Translations under genes and position numbers: made by a program
Origin: Squalus acanthias
Lineage: Eukaryota
Assembly: GCA_030390025.1 (NCBI GenBank)
Contig: CM059433.1
Span: 1,798,001-1,862,000 of the forward strand
Reading direction: 5' to 3'
DNA length: 64,000 nt
Notes under the pieces: generated by a model
Seen by the model: only the letters and a program-made list of their open reading frames with translations
Databases searched by the model: none
What the model was told of the DNA's origin: nothing
Part shown: positions 13,170 through 25,894 of the stretch, one piece after another
Position numbering within the stretch: position 1 is the stretch's first letter
How the letters are laid out: every line of letters starts with the position of its first letter

Positions 13170-13905
13170 TTTTTAAAATTCGTTTATGGGATGTGGGCGT
13201 CGCTGGCAAGGCCGGCATTTATTGCCCATCCCTAATTGCCCTTGAGAAGGTGGTGGTGAGCCGTCACCTTGAACTGCTGCAGTCCATGTGGTGAAGGTGC
13301 TCCCACAGTGCTGTTAGGGAGGGAGTTCCAGGATTTTGACCCAGCGACGATGAAGGATCGGCGATACATTTCTAAGTCAGGATGGTGTGTGACTTGGAGG
13401 GGAACTTGGAGGTGGTGGTATTCCCATTCGCTTGCTGCCCTTGTCCTTCTAGGTGGAAGAGGTCGCGGGTTTGGGAGATGCTGCCGAAGAAGCCTTGGTG
13501 AGTTGCTGCAGTGCATCTTGTATATGGTACACACTGCAGCCACGGTACGTCGGTGGTGGAGGGAGTGAATGTTTAAGGTGGTGGATGGGGTGCCAATCAA
13601 GCGGGCTGCTTTGTCCTGGATGGTGTCGAGCTTCTTGAGTGTTGTTGGAGCCACCCTCATCCAGGCAAGTGGAGAGTATTCCATCACACTCCTGACTTGT
13701 GCCTTGTAGATGGTGGAAAGGCTTTGGGGAGTCAGGAGGTGAGACACTCGCCACAGAATACCCAGCCTCTGACCTGCTCCTGTAGCCACAGTATTTATGT
13801 GGCTGGTCCAGTTAAGTTTCTGGTTAATGGTGACCCCCAGGATGTTGATGGTGGGGAATTCGGCGGTGGTAATCCGTGAATGTGAAGGGGAGGTGGTTAG
13901 ACTCC
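13170..13905 (-). mobile_element. CR1-group LINE 3' fragment (distinct family)
   Basis: ORF 13232-13789 reads AGQRLGILWRVSHLL...IYKAQVRSVMEYSPLAW...WNSLP; short 3' UTR with AATAAA and an A-rich tail. Confidence 0.85.
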
Positions 13906-13907
13906 CA

Positions 13908-14805
13908 GTTCTGACGAAAGGTCATCGACCTGAAACATTGGCCCAAAAATTCGGCTGAGAACAGGTGAGTACGGACTGCGTACTCACCCGTATTCGTTCC
14001 CGAAGTGCCGGTTTCCTGCATGCACTGCACATGCGCGGGAAACCGGCACTTCTGGTATGGCGAAGGGGGCGGTTCCTAGGTGAACCGCGTGCGCACTAGA
14101 GGCTGCGCGCACGCAGCACACTTAGGTTTTTTTTTCAACGCGAGGGTAAGTATTGAAGATTCTACACAAGTAAAAAGGAGGCGTAAGACCCCTTTTGAAC
14201 AAGGTAAGTAGTTAATTAAGTATAATTTTTAATTTTTTTCAACAGGTTTATCTTTTTTAGAGACTTTAAAGAAAGGCAAGTTTATTTTTATAACTTTTAA
14301 ATTTTTTTTTAATTTTTTCAAAAATTTAAATTTTTGTTTAAAGTGGTTAATTTATTTAACTATAGTTATTTTATTAATGTGATGGGTTTTAAAAAAAAAA
14401 TATTTTAGGTTTAGCTGTTCTTTTGGGGCCTCTTTCAATCACAGATTTGACAGGTCTCCTGTCAAATCTATGAATGAAAGATGGTGTGCTGCCATTGGCT
14501 CTCCATGCCCCACGTGATCCCAGAGGTCACATCGCACTAACTGCGCCCCTGGGACACGCACACACTGCGCGCCGGCACCAGGGAGAGGCCCAGGACCCGA
14601 AGTTCCTGTGGGGGCAAACAAGGACGGCAGACGTGGTAGGTGATATCGCGCGCGATCCTTACCCCCGCGGCAAGCCTCCAAGTCAAATTTCTGGGCCATT
14701 AACTCTGTTTCTCTCTTCACAGATGCTGCCTGACCTGCTGAGTATCTCCAGCATTTTCTGTTTTTATTTCAGATTTCCAGCATTTGCAGTATTTTCTTTT
14801 TGTAT
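13908..14805 (+). mobile_element. PLE-derived hammerhead-bearing repeat split by a MITE
   Basis: CTGACGA-A-AGGTC-ATC-GACCT-GAAA-CATT at 13911-13939 continues at 14701 (aactctgtttctctc...gatgctgcctgacctgctgagt). Confidence 0.65.
13940..14697. mobile_element. PIF/Harbinger MITE
   Basis: TIRs GGCCCAAAAATT / AATTTCTGGGCC; 3-bp TSD ATT (13937-13939, 14698-14700). An inverted relative lies at 23917-24660. Confidence 0.85.
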
Positions 14806-14809
14806 TAGC

Positions 14810-15045
14810 TGAACCCAATCCTGTCCTCAATTTTCATCCACAGAGGTGGAATTTCCAGCAAGAGTTACTGAACTGTGATCAAGGGTAGGAATCCTGGCTG
14901 ACTTTCTCCTCTGTCACCCAGATACACTGAGGCCAAGTGGAGTGTCCCTCACCACTGCCTCAACTGAGATAAGCTAACTGAGAACACACTGAGAAGCAAA
15001 TCTGGGATCTTCCTGTTCTGCACTATGCCATGTGGTGGATATTGA
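14810..15045 (-). mobile_element. Ancient tRNA-SINE (AmnSINE2-like), degraded
   Basis: Minus strand reads cagaacaggaagatcccagatttg...tcagttagcttatctcagttgaggcagtgg; homologous to 37790-38142. The family name is from memory. Confidence 0.45.
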
Positions 15046-15189
15046 ACACAAATTGAAATAAAAGCTGTTATTTTTTAGATCTGTTTTATGACAGTGGTTT
15101 CCCTTAAATTTAAAGATGCATTTTTTGCAGCTGCTGTTTTAACGAGCCCACCTGCTGCCAAAACCCTCATCTACGCCTTTCTTGACCTC

Positions 15190-15445
15190 CAGACCTCGGC
15201 AGATTCAAAAGGTGAGCGGGAGTCCAGGAGAGAGCGAGAGTTCGGGAGATTCAAAAGGTGAGCGGGAGTCCAGGAGAGCGCGAGACCTCGGCAGATTCAA
15301 AGGTGAGCGGGAGTCCAGGAGAGCGCGAGACCTCGGCAGATTCAAAAAGTGAGCGGGAGCCCAGGTGAGCGCGAGACCTCGGCAGATTCAAAAGGTGAGC
15401 GGGAGCCCAGGTGAGCGCGAGATCTCGGCAGATTCAAAAGGGGAG
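15190..15445 (+). repeat. Tandem array of about 46-bp units (about 5.5 copies) at the CR1 5' end
   Basis: Unit gagacctcggcagattcaaaaggtgagcgggagtccaggagagcgc. Confidence 0.9.
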
Positions 15446-18400
15446 CGGCGGCCACATCTGCAGCAAATGTTGGCTGCTCGAGGAACTTCGGCTCAGAGTT
15501 GATGAGCTGGAGTCCGAGATTCAGAATCTGCGACACATTAGGGAGGGGAAGCATTACCTGGACACTAAGTTCCAGGAGGCAGTCACACCCACAAGAGTAA
15601 TTACTTCCAATTTGGCCCATGGTCAGGGACAGGAGATTGTGACTACAAGCGAGGCAGGTATTGGAATCCAGGAGGTAGTGATGGAGGAGCCTCAGCCCTT
15701 GGCCTTGTCCAACAGGTAAGAGATTCTTGCTCCCTGTGTGGACGAGGCCAGGGGCTGCAGGGAGGATGAGCAAACTGACCACAGCACCGTGGTACAGGGG
15801 GCCATTCAAGTGGAGGGAGCAAAAAGAAATGTTGTAGTGATAGGGGACAGTATAGTTAGAGGGATAGATACTGTTCTCTGCTGCCGAGAGCGTGAGTCCC
15901 GAAGGCTGTGTTACCTGCCCGGTACCAGGGTTAAGGACATCTCCTCTGGGATGAAGAGGAACTTGGAGTGGGAGGGGGAGGATCCAGTTGTCATTGTCCA
16001 CGTAGGCACCAATGACATAGGTAGGACAAAAAAAGAGGTTCTGCTGAGAGAGTATGAGCAGCTAGGGGCTAAATCAAAAAGCAGAACCACAAAGGTAATA
16101 ATCTCTGGATTACTACCTGAGCCACGAGCGAATTTGCATAGGGTAAATAAGATCAGAGAAATGAACGAGTGGCTCAAAGACTGGTGTGGGAGAAGTGGGT
16201 TTTGATTTGTGGGGCACTGGCACCAGTACTGGGATAAGAGGGAGCTGTTCCATATGGACGGGCTTCACTTGAACCATGCTGGGGCTAGAGTCCTGGCGAA
16301 TCGAATAACTAGGGCTGTAGAGAGGGCTTTAAACTAAATAGTGGGGGTGGAGGATCCAGGTGAGCAGGAATTTAAAAAGTCAATGAGAAATGAGAAAACA
16401 ATAAAGCAGGATAGAGATGGGGGAAATAATAACCAGAGTGTGACAGGAAGGGACAGAATGTTTAAAAATAAAAGTACAACAGAAAATGGGGCCAAAACAA
16501 GGAGAAATGGTAAAAAGACAAAGTTAAAAGCTCTATATCTGAATGCACACAGCATTCGTAACAAGATAGATGAGTTGATGGCACAAATAGATACATATGG
16601 GTATGATCTGATCACCATGACAGAGACGTGGTTGCAAGGTGATCAGGGCTGGGAACTGAATATTCCAGGGTATTTGACAATTCGGAAGGATAGACAAAAA
16701 GGAAAGGGAGGTGGGGTGGCTTTGTTGGTAAAGGATGGGATCAGTGCAGTGGTGAGAAGTAATATTGGCTCAGAAGATCAAGATGTAGAATCGGTTTGGG
16801 TGGAGATAAAAAATAATAAAGGGAAAAAGTCTCTGGTGAGCGTAGTCTACAGGCCCCCGAACAGTACCAATGTTGTTGGACAGAGTATAAATCAACAAAT
16901 AATGGAGGCCTGTAAAAAAGGTATGGTAATAATCAAGGGTGATTTTAATCTCAATATTGATTGGACAAATCAAATTGGACATGGTAGTCTTGAGGAGGAG
17001 TTCATAGCGTGCATCCGGGATGGTTTCCCAGAACAGTATGTAATGGAACCAACCAGGGAGCAGGCTATCTTGGATCTGGTACTGTGTAATGAGACAGAAT
17101 TAATAAATGATTGCATAGTAAAGGATCCTCTAGGAAAGAGTGATCATAGCATGGTAGAATTTCAAATTCATTGGAGGGTGAGAAAGCTGTATCTCAAACC
17201 AGTGTCCTGATCTTAAACAAAGGCAATTACAATGGCATGAGGGCAGAACTGGCTAAAGTGGACTGGAAAAATAAATTAAAGGGTAAGACAGTTGAAATGC
17301 AGTGGCGGACATTTAAGGAGATATTTCATAACTCTCAACAAAAATATATTCTAGTGAGAAAGGAAGACTTTAAGAGAAGGGAGCACCATCCATGGCTAAC
17401 TAAGGAAGTAAAGCATGGTATCAAATTGAAAATGAAGGCATACAATGTTGCCAAGATTGGTGGGAGAGTAGAGGATGGGGAAATTTTTAAAAACCTGCAA
17501 AGGATGACTAAAATAATAATAAAGAGAGAGAAGATGAATTATGAGAGAAAACTGGCAAGAAACATTAAAACAGATAGAGCTTCTACAGGTATATAAAAAG
17601 GAAGAGGGTAGCTAAAGTAAACATTGGTCTCTTAGAGGAAGAGACTGGGGAATTAATAATGGGGAACGGGGAAATGGCAGAGACTCTGAACAAATATTTT
17701 GAATCTGTCTTCACGGTAGAAGACACTAACAGCATCCCAAAAATGGATAATCAAGGAGCCACAGGGAGTGGGGAACTAAAGACAATCACTGTCACTAGGG
17801 AAATAGTACTCGGTAAAATAATGGGGCTAAAAGACGACAAGTCCCCATGACCAGATGGCCTGCATCCCAGGGTCTTAAAAGAAGTGGCTGCAGAGATAGT
17901 GGATGCATTGGTTGCAATACACCAAAATTCCCTGGAATCTGGAGAGGTCCCAGCGGATTGGAAAACCGCAAATGTAACACCTCTATTTAAGAAAGGAGGG
18001 AGACAGAAAGCAGGAAATTATAGACCAGTTAGCCTAACATCGTCATTGGGAAAATGCTGGAGTCCTTCATTAAGGAAGCAGTAGCAGGGCATTTGGAAAA
18101 TCATAATGCAGCCAAGTGGAGTCAGCATGGTTTTATGAAAAGGAAATCATGTTTAACAAATTTGCTGGAGTTCTTTGAGGATGTAATGAGCAGGGTGGAC
18201 AAAGTTGAACCAGTAGATGTGGTGTATTTGGATTTCCAGAAGGCATTCGATAAGGTGCCACATAAAAGGTTACTGCATAAGATAAGAGCTCACGGAATTG
18301 GGGGTAATATATTAGCATGGATAGAGAATTGGCTAACGAACAGAAAGCAGAGAGTCGGGATAAATGGGTAATTTTCCGGTTGGCAAACGATAACTAGTGG

Positions 18401-18782
18401 GGTGTCACAGGAATCGGTGCTGGGGCCTCAACTATTTACAATCTACATTAATAACTTGGATGAAGGGACCGAGCGTAATGTAGCCAAGTTTGCGGATGAT
18501 ACAAAGATGGGTGGGAAAGCAAGTTGTGCAGAGGACTCAAAGAATCTGCAAAGGGATATAGACAGGCTAAGTGAATGGACAAACACTTGGCAGATGGAGT
18601 ATAATGTGGGAAAGTGCGAGGTTATCCACTTTGTCAGGAAAAATAAAAAAGCAAATTATTATTTAAATGGAGAGAGATTACAAAATGCTACAGTTCAGAG
18701 GGACCTGGGGGTCCTTGTGCATGAAACACAAAAAGTTAGCATGCAGGTACAGCAAGTAATCAAAAAGGCAAATGGAATGTTC

Positions 18783-19674
18783 GGGGGAAAAATTCAGTTG
18801 GTTGCGCCACCCATTAGCGCCTTAAGAGGGCGCTAATGGGGCGCAAAGCATCTAGCGTCCAGGCACGGCGATGTTTGCGCCGCTCGCGAAATTAACTAGA
18901 CATTTTGCGGCGGCGCTAAACACTACCGCCACGATCTCCTGCGTCGGCAGATCGTGACGTCAGTCGAGTGCGCAACGCCCCGGTATTGCCCCAGAGCGGA
19001 TATTGAGTGGCGCCTCCTGCCTTACCGCCTGCCGCTAGCAACGACAGGTTGAGGGGAGCATTTTGCAGTCAGGAAGGGACTGGGGGAACGCTATTTAAAG
19101 GCAACCGCTTCCTGACTTTTATTGTTGGTGACATTTTTGAACCACGCATTCTGAGAGAGAGAGAGAGAGACTTCTGGAGAGATTCAACGCTGTGTGAAGG
19201 AGTTTTGGGTACTGAGAAGCACTTTACAGGTTCATTTTGATTTGCCCTTCCTTGTATCGATTTAGAAGAGACTGTGGGGGCTGCACTCTGAGCTCTTTCC
19301 CTGGTCTCTCCATTGTTCTTTCCAGCAGATTTGATGTGCAGGTCTCTCCAGACCGAGATTCAAGGCTGCAATGAGCAGGATGTGGATGGAAAGCAAGATC
19401 AACCCTCCCCTTTAAGAATTGGCCCGCGCCATTGTGTGTGTGTTCCATTGCTGACTGACATCACATGAGCTTCGCCAGCGCTCTGAGGTAACGCCTCGCT
19501 CCTCGGCCTTTGCACCTTAAGACAGGTGTGAAGCGCCTGATTTAGCGCTCCAATCACCTCCAGGGGCGATAAAAGTCAAGTTTGCAGTCGGTGGCGATAA
19601 TTAGCGCCAGGCGCTAATCTTTGCACCCAGCCGATAATTGCGTCCCAAATGGGGCGATACTGAATTTCTCCCCC
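18783..19674. mobile_element. PIF/Harbinger MITE inserted in the CR1 RT
   Basis: 16-bp TIR GGGGGAAAAATTCAGT / ACTGAATTTCTCCCCC; interrupts KKANGM|..FISRG. Confidence 0.9.
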
Positions 19675-20467
19675 ATGGTCTTCATTTCAAGGGGGTTGGA
19701 ATATAAAAGCAGGGAAGTCCTGCTACAACTGTACAGGGTATTGGTGAGACCACACCTTGAGTACTGCGTACAGTTTTGGTCTCCTTATTTAAGGAAGGAT
19801 ATACTTGCATTGGAGGCAGTTCAGAGACGATTCACTAGGTTCATTCCAGAGATGAGGGGGTTGACTTATGAGGAAAGGTTGGGCAGGCTGGGCCTATACT
19901 CATTGGAATTTAGAAGAATGAGAGGTGATCTTATTGAAACATATAAGATACTGAGGGGGCTCGACAAGGTAGATGCAGAGAGGATGTTTCCCATCGTGGG
20001 GAAATCTAGAACTCGGGGGCACAGTTTCAGAATAAAGGGTCGCCCTTTTAGAACTGAGATGAGGAGGAATTTCTTCTCTCAGAGGGTCGTAAATCTGTGG
20101 AATTCTCTGCCCCAGAGAGCTGTGGAGGCTGGGTCATTAAATACATTTAAGGTGGAGATCGACAGATTTTTGCAAGATAAGGGAGTGAAGGGTTATGGGG
20201 AGCGGGCAGGGAAGTGGCTTTGAGCCCAAGATCAGCCATGATCTTATTGAATGGCGGAGCAGGCTCGAGGGGCCAAGTGGCCTATTCCTGCTCCCATTTC
20301 TTATTTTCTTGTTCCAATGCTCTCCGGGCCGGCCTCCCATTCTCCAGCCAGAGCAAACTTCAGCTCATCCAAAACTTTGTTGCCCGTGTTTTATCCAGCA
20401 TAAAATCCCCCTCGTCCATCACCCTGTCCTGTCTGACCTACATTGGCCCCCGGTCCACCAACACCTA

Positions 20468-21965
20468 GGGGGTGAAATTGGATTAAGCTCAAAAGACAGC
20501 GCGGGCGCCACGATGCACAATCTACCCATGCCCGTTGAAAGGAGTTCAGTCAAAATTCGTGCTGCCTGCTACTTTACACGATTGCAGCGCACATCCCAGC
20601 GCTGAACGCACTGCTGACAGGCTGTGCACCCAGCAGGGGGCCGAAGTTCGCGATGATCGCGCGAGGCTAGTTTTACTTAAAGCTAACCTGCGCCTCTTAA
20701 AGGCAGTCTGCAGCTCTTAAAGGTGACCTGCCTTCTGGTGATGAAAAATGTTAAAAGTGCTGCAGCATAAACCCAAATGGCTCAACAGGCCAGGGAAAGG
20801 GCACCCAGGGTCTTGCACACAGCACTCGATGCCTTTGTGCAGGGGTAAACACTGGAAGAGAGGTCCTCTACCCTCAGGGGGCCAGGAGGCTTTTCAGAAA
20901 GAAGGATGTGGAACCAGATCGATTTCAAACTCCCAGCCACCAGCTCCTTGAGGTCATCCTGCAAGGCCACCAGCAGTGTCCCCCACTGAAAGTCAGCAGC
21001 CTTCCACCAGCCATGCTGCAGCCACTGGGGTAGCACTGCATAGGAGCACTAGGACAGGCAAAGGCACACTGAAGACAGGCACTAAGGGAATGCACAAGGG
21101 TGATTAGTTGAATTTTGATGTAATATTGGATGCATATATGGATAAAGATGGATTGGAAAGTTTGTTTTGTGGTGGTTTTTATTTCAGCATTGTGGCCAAG
21201 AGGACGCTGTGATGGTCAGTAACAGAGGGAAGGTAAGGTGTGGGGCTATTGTTGAAAGGGAATAGGGTTTATGTCCATGGTACCACAGGCGGATGATTCG
21301 ATTCCAGATATTCCAGCCAGAAAGGGGCTGCCTGGGTTGCCTCCGTCCTTCCACTTCCTCCTCTTCTGCTTCCTCTCTTCCTCCTCCTCTGCGAGCAGCT
21401 TGTCCTCTTTGCTGCCTCTGCTCCATCCCCATGTCATGCTGCAGCCCAAAGGGGACTGCAACTAGAGCCCCCAGGACTGGGAGCAAGTGATGTTCTCAGA
21501 AGCCTTCCTTTAAGAGCCAAAGCCTTGCAAACATCCTGCAGCATTCCCTGCACACTTTAACAACTTTTTAAATACCTTACACCAAGCAACAACTCCAATA
21601 AACTGCACAAAAGCAAAAAGCAAAACTTGCCTGAAAGTTGCGTGTGTCCCTGTAAGTAGCTCTGGTGGGGGGTCCGTCATGCTGCTGAACACGCATTCAG
21701 CCGTGCGTGCTTTGGAGAGGACCCACATTTGAGCGACGATGTCCAAAATAGCATTTTGTGCGTCAAATCAGCGTTGCACGCTGATTGACGCCACGATGTG
21801 ATTCATTACCATTTTTCCAGCGAGCGCAGGCAACCGCCGCGCTGCCGACCTGCCCAAAATGGAGGCCGCCGTGGTCCGTGCCAGAAGTGGGCAGAAGCGA
21901 GGCTGCATTTTTTTTGATGAAACCAGCTTTACCAGCCAGTGCTAAGATACCAAATTTCACAGCCC
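20468..21965. mobile_element. Internally deleted Harbinger transposon with convergent Myb/SANT and transposase remnants
   Basis: TIR-like ends GGGGGTGAAATTGG / CCAAATTTCACAGCCC. On +, MAQQARERAPR...ALDAFVQ from 20777 (Myb/SANT ORF start). On -, 21486-21270 resembles transposase N-terminus fused to an acidic C-terminus. Confidence 0.7.
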
Positions 21966-22408
21966 TAAAATTTAAAATTTTCATCCTTGTGTTTAAATCC
22001 CTCCATGGCCTCACTCCTCCCTATCTCTGTAACCTCCTCCAGCTCTATAAACTTCCGCCTGTACTCTCCATCCCTCTTTCTCCCGACCATTGCAGCTATG
22101 ACTTTAGCCACCTAGGCCCTACATTCTGAAATTCCCTCCTTAATCCCCCCTCCTCCCTACCAAGTTTTTGGTCATCACTCCTGTTATCTCATTCTTTGGC
22201 TTGGCATTCATTTTTTCCCTAAGTCTCTGTTAAGTGTCTTGGAACGTTTTCCCATATGAAAGGTACGACATCAATACACGTCGTTATTGATACAATACTA
22301 CATGCAGAATACATTGTTTACAGGTTGTGACATCACCATCGATAACGCAGGGCTACTTGAACTTTGCTGTATGTAAACCAAAGACACCCCAAGGAATAAA
22401 ACACAAAA

Positions 22409-23068
22409 GGGGAAAAATTGGGTTGATTTGCGCCTCTCGCTAGCGCCCCCGGGCACGGCGCCGCCAACACCTCCCGCGAAATTCAGCGGGAGGTTAGCGG
22501 CGGCGGTAGCTAGTAGCGCCCTGCGCTGCTGCCGCTGCCGTGCGCAGCGCCCCGATCGTGCCCCGGCCGCAAACTTCCCTTGCGCCCCCTGACCTACCGC
22601 CGGACGAAATGTCCGTCATGATCAGGGGGCAGGTTTGGCAGTGGCGGAGGCGCTACTTAAAGGGCAGGTGCCAGGCGGCCATTTTTATTTTGGCCGACTG
22701 CCAGCACCTGCCCCCTTTCACTTTTTTTCTCGGGGTGCCGGCCGCGATCGCTCCTCTTGAGTGCCGGGCTGTTTTCCCGGCACCCTGCTCCCAGGCGGTC
22801 CAGCGGGGCCCCGGTGTGCGCAGCGCTAGGCCCCTCCCCTTCAATCAGGGGACGAGGTCTGCAATGGCGCTGCGTTACGTGCCGATGCGCGTGGCGCTGT
22901 TGCACGTAGCGCTGCGATCTTCAGTTGTAGCGCCCCAGGAAGGAGCTGGTGTGCTTCCAGTAGCGCCCCACCTCCTGCTTGGGGCGCTACTATTGAATTT
23001 CCGGCGGAGGAACGCTAACTTTTTCGAAGTGCTAAAATTTCGTAAGTTAGCCACCCAATATTTCTCCC
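22409..23068. mobile_element. GC-rich Harbinger MITE
   Basis: TIRs GGGGAAAAATTGGGT / ACCCAATATTTCTCCC, AAA flanks; inverted relative at 39800-40462. Confidence 0.8.
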
Positions 23069-23916
23069 AAAGGCTAGCAAAATTCTGAAAGGGAAATAAA
23101 TCAGAATTATGATGTCACCTTTTTGCAGAAAACAAATGCGTAATGGGAGATAACTGGAGTGAAAGCAGATCAAATATCATGTTTTTAATAAATCGGCTCC
23201 AGAAAAGGGGAACAGCCCATTGGTGTAAAGCCTAGAATTTGACTCCAACTATAGGGTAAATGTACAATGAAAGCTGCAAAGGACAGCCAGTGCTCAGAGA
23301 GTTAAGTGACAAATGTTTCCTATGGAAATTTATTATATCCCACCTTCTATTCATTTTAGCAGCTCTGCCCTTCTGTTAAAGTGAGCTGTAGTACAAGGCT
23401 CTGTCAGCATCAACAGTGATCCTTACAGAAGGTAGGCTGTGACCAATGAAAAATGGTTCCTGTTCTATTGAAAGCACTGGAGTCACTAAGTATGCAGACT
23501 TGTTCAGGAAACTAGCATCTGGACTGTGTTAGGATCGGTATTCCCAGTCCTACTTAATGCTGTAGGGTGCATTTATGATTTACTATTTAAGGATATTACT
23601 TTTGTTACACTTTTAGAATTCTAAATGAACTACTGAAAGATGGAAAAGGATTCATTGGTTCCTCTTAAAAAATGTAATTGCCTCAGATCAGCAAAGCAGG
23701 AGGTTAGTGCAGGGACGCACTGTGCCAGAGAGCAATGGTACCAATCCCTGTATTCACTATTCCTCACCGGGTCAGGCTTTACTCTCACTCTGATCTTTCT
23801 GGTGGGAAATTGAAAGGGAGAATCATCACCCTGCTGGCTTGTTAGACAGGACCATAGTTGGAACAGGCCACCAGCGTTACAGCAGAAAGAACTTAGAATG
23901 AAACTAAAGTTATAAT

Positions 23917-24660
23917 GGCCCAGAAATTGATCTCGCTCTGTTCCCGCGGGGGTAAGCCTTCCCCGCGATGTCTCACCTCGCTTGTGCTTTTTCAGATCCA
24001 GCTCGCACGAACTTGATGTTCCAGACATCAGCTGGGCAGTGCTTGCGTATCCCACCGGCGTAGTGAATTCGTGCGAGCTGTGGGATCACGTGACTCAGTT
24101 AGAGCCAATGGCAGCACACCATCTTCCATTCATAAGTTTCACATACGTGCTGTGAAATCTATGAATCTTACACCCCCCCAAAATAACAGCTAAACCTCAA
24201 TTAAATTTAAAAAAAAAACCATCACATTAATAAAATAAGTATAGTTAAATAAATTAACCATTTTAAATAAAAAATTAAATTTTTGAAAAAATTTAAAATC
24301 TTTTAAAAAGTTATAAAAATAAACTTACCTGTCTTTAAAGTCTCTAAAAAAGATATACCTGTAAAAAAAAATTCAAAAAAATACTTAATTCACTACTTAC
24401 CTTGTTAAAAGTGGGTCTTACTCCTCCTTTTTACATTTCTAAAATCTTCAGTACTTACCTGCGCGTCCAAAGCATGAAGTGCACAGCGTGCGCGCAGCCT
24501 GTAGCGCGCACGCGATGCACCGAGGAACCGCCCCCTTTTCAAAAGAGCAATTGCCGGTTTTCAGCGCATGCGCAGGGCATGCAGAAAACCGGCAATTGCA
24601 GAGAGAATACGCGAGAGTACGCAGTGCGTACTCTCGCGCACCGCGATGAATTTTTGGGCC
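23917..24660. mobile_element. PIF/Harbinger MITE (family of 13940-14697)
   Basis: TIRs GGCCCAGAAATT / AATTTTTGGGCC; the AT-rich core is the reverse complement of the 14200-14400 core. Confidence 0.8.
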
Positions 24661-25894
24661 TTTATTTTATTTATGCTTTTGCACATATTTTTCTTTTCTG
24701 TTTCTAGATAATTATGTCTGGCCATCCTTGTCTGACCAAGAGAACATCCAAAAATAGCTCCAGTCTGCCCAAGACTTGAATGCTGTTTCCATATCAAAGG
24801 ATGCTCTTCTGGCACTTGTCTTGAACTCATGGATGGGACACACAAGAAAAGCCCGTCAACTCATTTCACCTCATTTTTGGCCTGGCTAGCACCCATTACT
24901 GAAGGTGCTAAACCCAGCAGAGATCAACACCAACTGGAGCAGCAGCAACAATTGCACTACAGATGGAAGGTTGGTTACCATGTTGGCTCCAAGCCTAAAG
25001 TGCTCAGGAGTTCCATTGGTCTCCCATTGTGACTCTAGTGGGAGACCTGTGGAACCCACCGGAAAATGCCAGAGACCCGGTTGTGCCAGGTCTCTGCCGT
25101 TTCCAGGATTCTCCAACATGCCTAGTAACCTCCTACTGTCACTAAGAAGGCAAATGTAATTGGGGGTGAGCCAGAGGCGGGGACTTCCTACAGCAGGAGG
25201 TTTTGCTTGCCTAGCTCAGTCAGGACCTGGCGCAGTCCTGGAGACCAGTACGTTAATTGAGGTGAGATGTACTAGCCTTCAGATGGGTGAAAGTGGGCCC
25301 CACAGAGGGTGATTAAAAAAAAAGTCTTGATTGGAAGGCAAGGGTTCATGTTTCAACTGAAAGAAAGAAAGAGAGAAAGTCCTCAGGATATCCCAAAGTG
25401 CATTCCTGCCTATTAAGTACTTTTGAAGTGCAGTCACTGTTGTAATGTAGAACAACTTTGAATTGGGTATATGGCAGCATCAGTGACCTTGTTTACTTTG
25501 GGAAATCCAGCAGCATGGGAACACTGAGTAGCCGTGCTATGCCGTTAAGTGGAACAGCAAAGTGTTGACCAGGCCGACTGACATGTGTTTGATCCATGTG
25601 CGAACAGCACATTATCTGATATTGCAATTCCAGCCAGGAATGATCCGTAGGCCTAAAAGTGCGGGCAGTGGTGATCTTGCCCACCAGGGTAGCCTAGGAT
25701 GGGAAGCTGATCACTGCTGGTGCAAGTCAGGTGGGGAGGGCAGGGTGGGTCGCTGGACACTGCTGGGTTGGGTCAGGTCTGAAACTGGCCACGGAAAGGG
25801 CCAAGCAGGGCAGGGACGTGGCCACTAACAGCATCAGGTAAGGCTAGTTGACCACTAACAGCTTCAGAAAGGTTGAGAACAAGGTTGTGTGGTG

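Larger units (their letters stand above)
15190..20312 (+). mobile_element. Full-length CR1 LINE (decayed) with 5' tandem repeats
   Basis: ORF1 (CSKCWLLEEL, GDSIVRG, VHVGTNDI), APE (MTETWL, YRPPN, GDFN, SDH), RT ([25 protein letters not shown]) and 3' UTR/tail. Several stops and frameshifts. Confidence 0.95.
15140..22290 (+). mobile_element. L2 LINE 3' fragment split by a CR1 and a Harbinger insertion
   Basis: AKTLIYAFLTSR-like sequence (15150-15190) resumes as SNALRAGLP...KLQLIQN (20310-20466) and then FKIFILVFKSLHGLTPPYL (21966 onward). Confidence 0.8.
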
